In this document: piece by piece, positions 63,582 to 64,000 of the stretch
Layout of the letters: each line of letters starts with the position of its first letter
How positions within the stretch are numbered: the stretch's first letter is position 1
Assembly (NCBI RefSeq): GCF_009914755.1
Contig: NC_060934.1
Length of the DNA stretch: 64,000 bases
Origin: the human T2T-CHM13v2.0 reference genome, Homo sapiens
Direction: 5' to 3' (one strand)
The notes under the pieces: generated by a model
Database searches by the model: none
What the model saw: only the letters and a program-made list of their open reading frames with translations
What the model was told of the DNA's origin: nothing
Made by a program: the position numbers and the translations under genes

Positions 63582-64000
63582 TGTTACCAAAACACCAGGC
63601 ATTCTAAGTTCTGCTGCTCACCGCACAGAAAGCCAATGACTGAGATGACGAGAATTGCCAAGGAAGAAGGCTTTAGTTGGGTGCTGCAGCCGAGGAGATG
63701 AGAGCTCAGTCTGAAGTCCATCTCCATGACCAACTAAAACTAGGGATTTATATAGCAGGGAAGAAATGTAACTTTGTATGAGAAAACAGGAACTCGGGAG
63801 GGGTAAGTAAGCAATCATGATGAACCAGGGGCCTGGCGCTTCAGTCTCTGGATGCCATGATCTGGTGAGTTTCAGTTCTTTAATATTTTTTTTGAGAGGT
63901 GTGGGGATCCTTTCTTGAGGAAGAAACTCAGATAAAACAAATGTAAATTCCAAGCTTTAAGATCAGAAGGGTCCATTTCTATAATCAGCCAAAAACAACT
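63582..64000 (-). mobile_element. LOR1-like ERV1 LTR in the same orientation as PRKCQ; runs off the window end
   Basis: Minus-strand 3' end ...cctggtgttttggtaaca; TATATAAA at 63754-63747; resembles the recalled LOR1 consensus. Confidence 0.75.

Overview
This is human (primate) genomic DNA from the interior of PRKCQ (protein kinase C theta), transcribed on the minus strand. I mapped thirteen consecutive coding exons (conventional exons 3-15, codons ~40-549) by translation and splice sites. They cover the C2-like domain, C1A/C1B, the V3 hinge and the kinase domain through the activation loop. Their lengths (200, 61, 163, 32, 86, 130, 110, 118, 161, 174, 92, 63, 139) join in frame, and intron 4 is a GC-AG intron. 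The introns carry a 5'-truncated, inactive L1PA3-like LINE-1, about 25 Alu/FLAM copies, several solo LTRs, a MER85 piggyBac MITE, MER33, MIR/L2/old L1 fragments and simple repeats. The main unannotated hypotheses are: (1) an Alu-split, in-frame candidate alternative first exon in intron 8, where the mouse testis PKC-thetaII exon should lie; (2) an LTR-derived candidate first exon in frame with exon 3; (3) a candidate poison exon next to a CU microsatellite, possibly PTBP1-repressed; (4) three local templated duplications or inversions; (5) compact immune transcription-factor motif clusters. Exon numbering and repeat subfamily names come from recall of consensus sequences, not from a database search.
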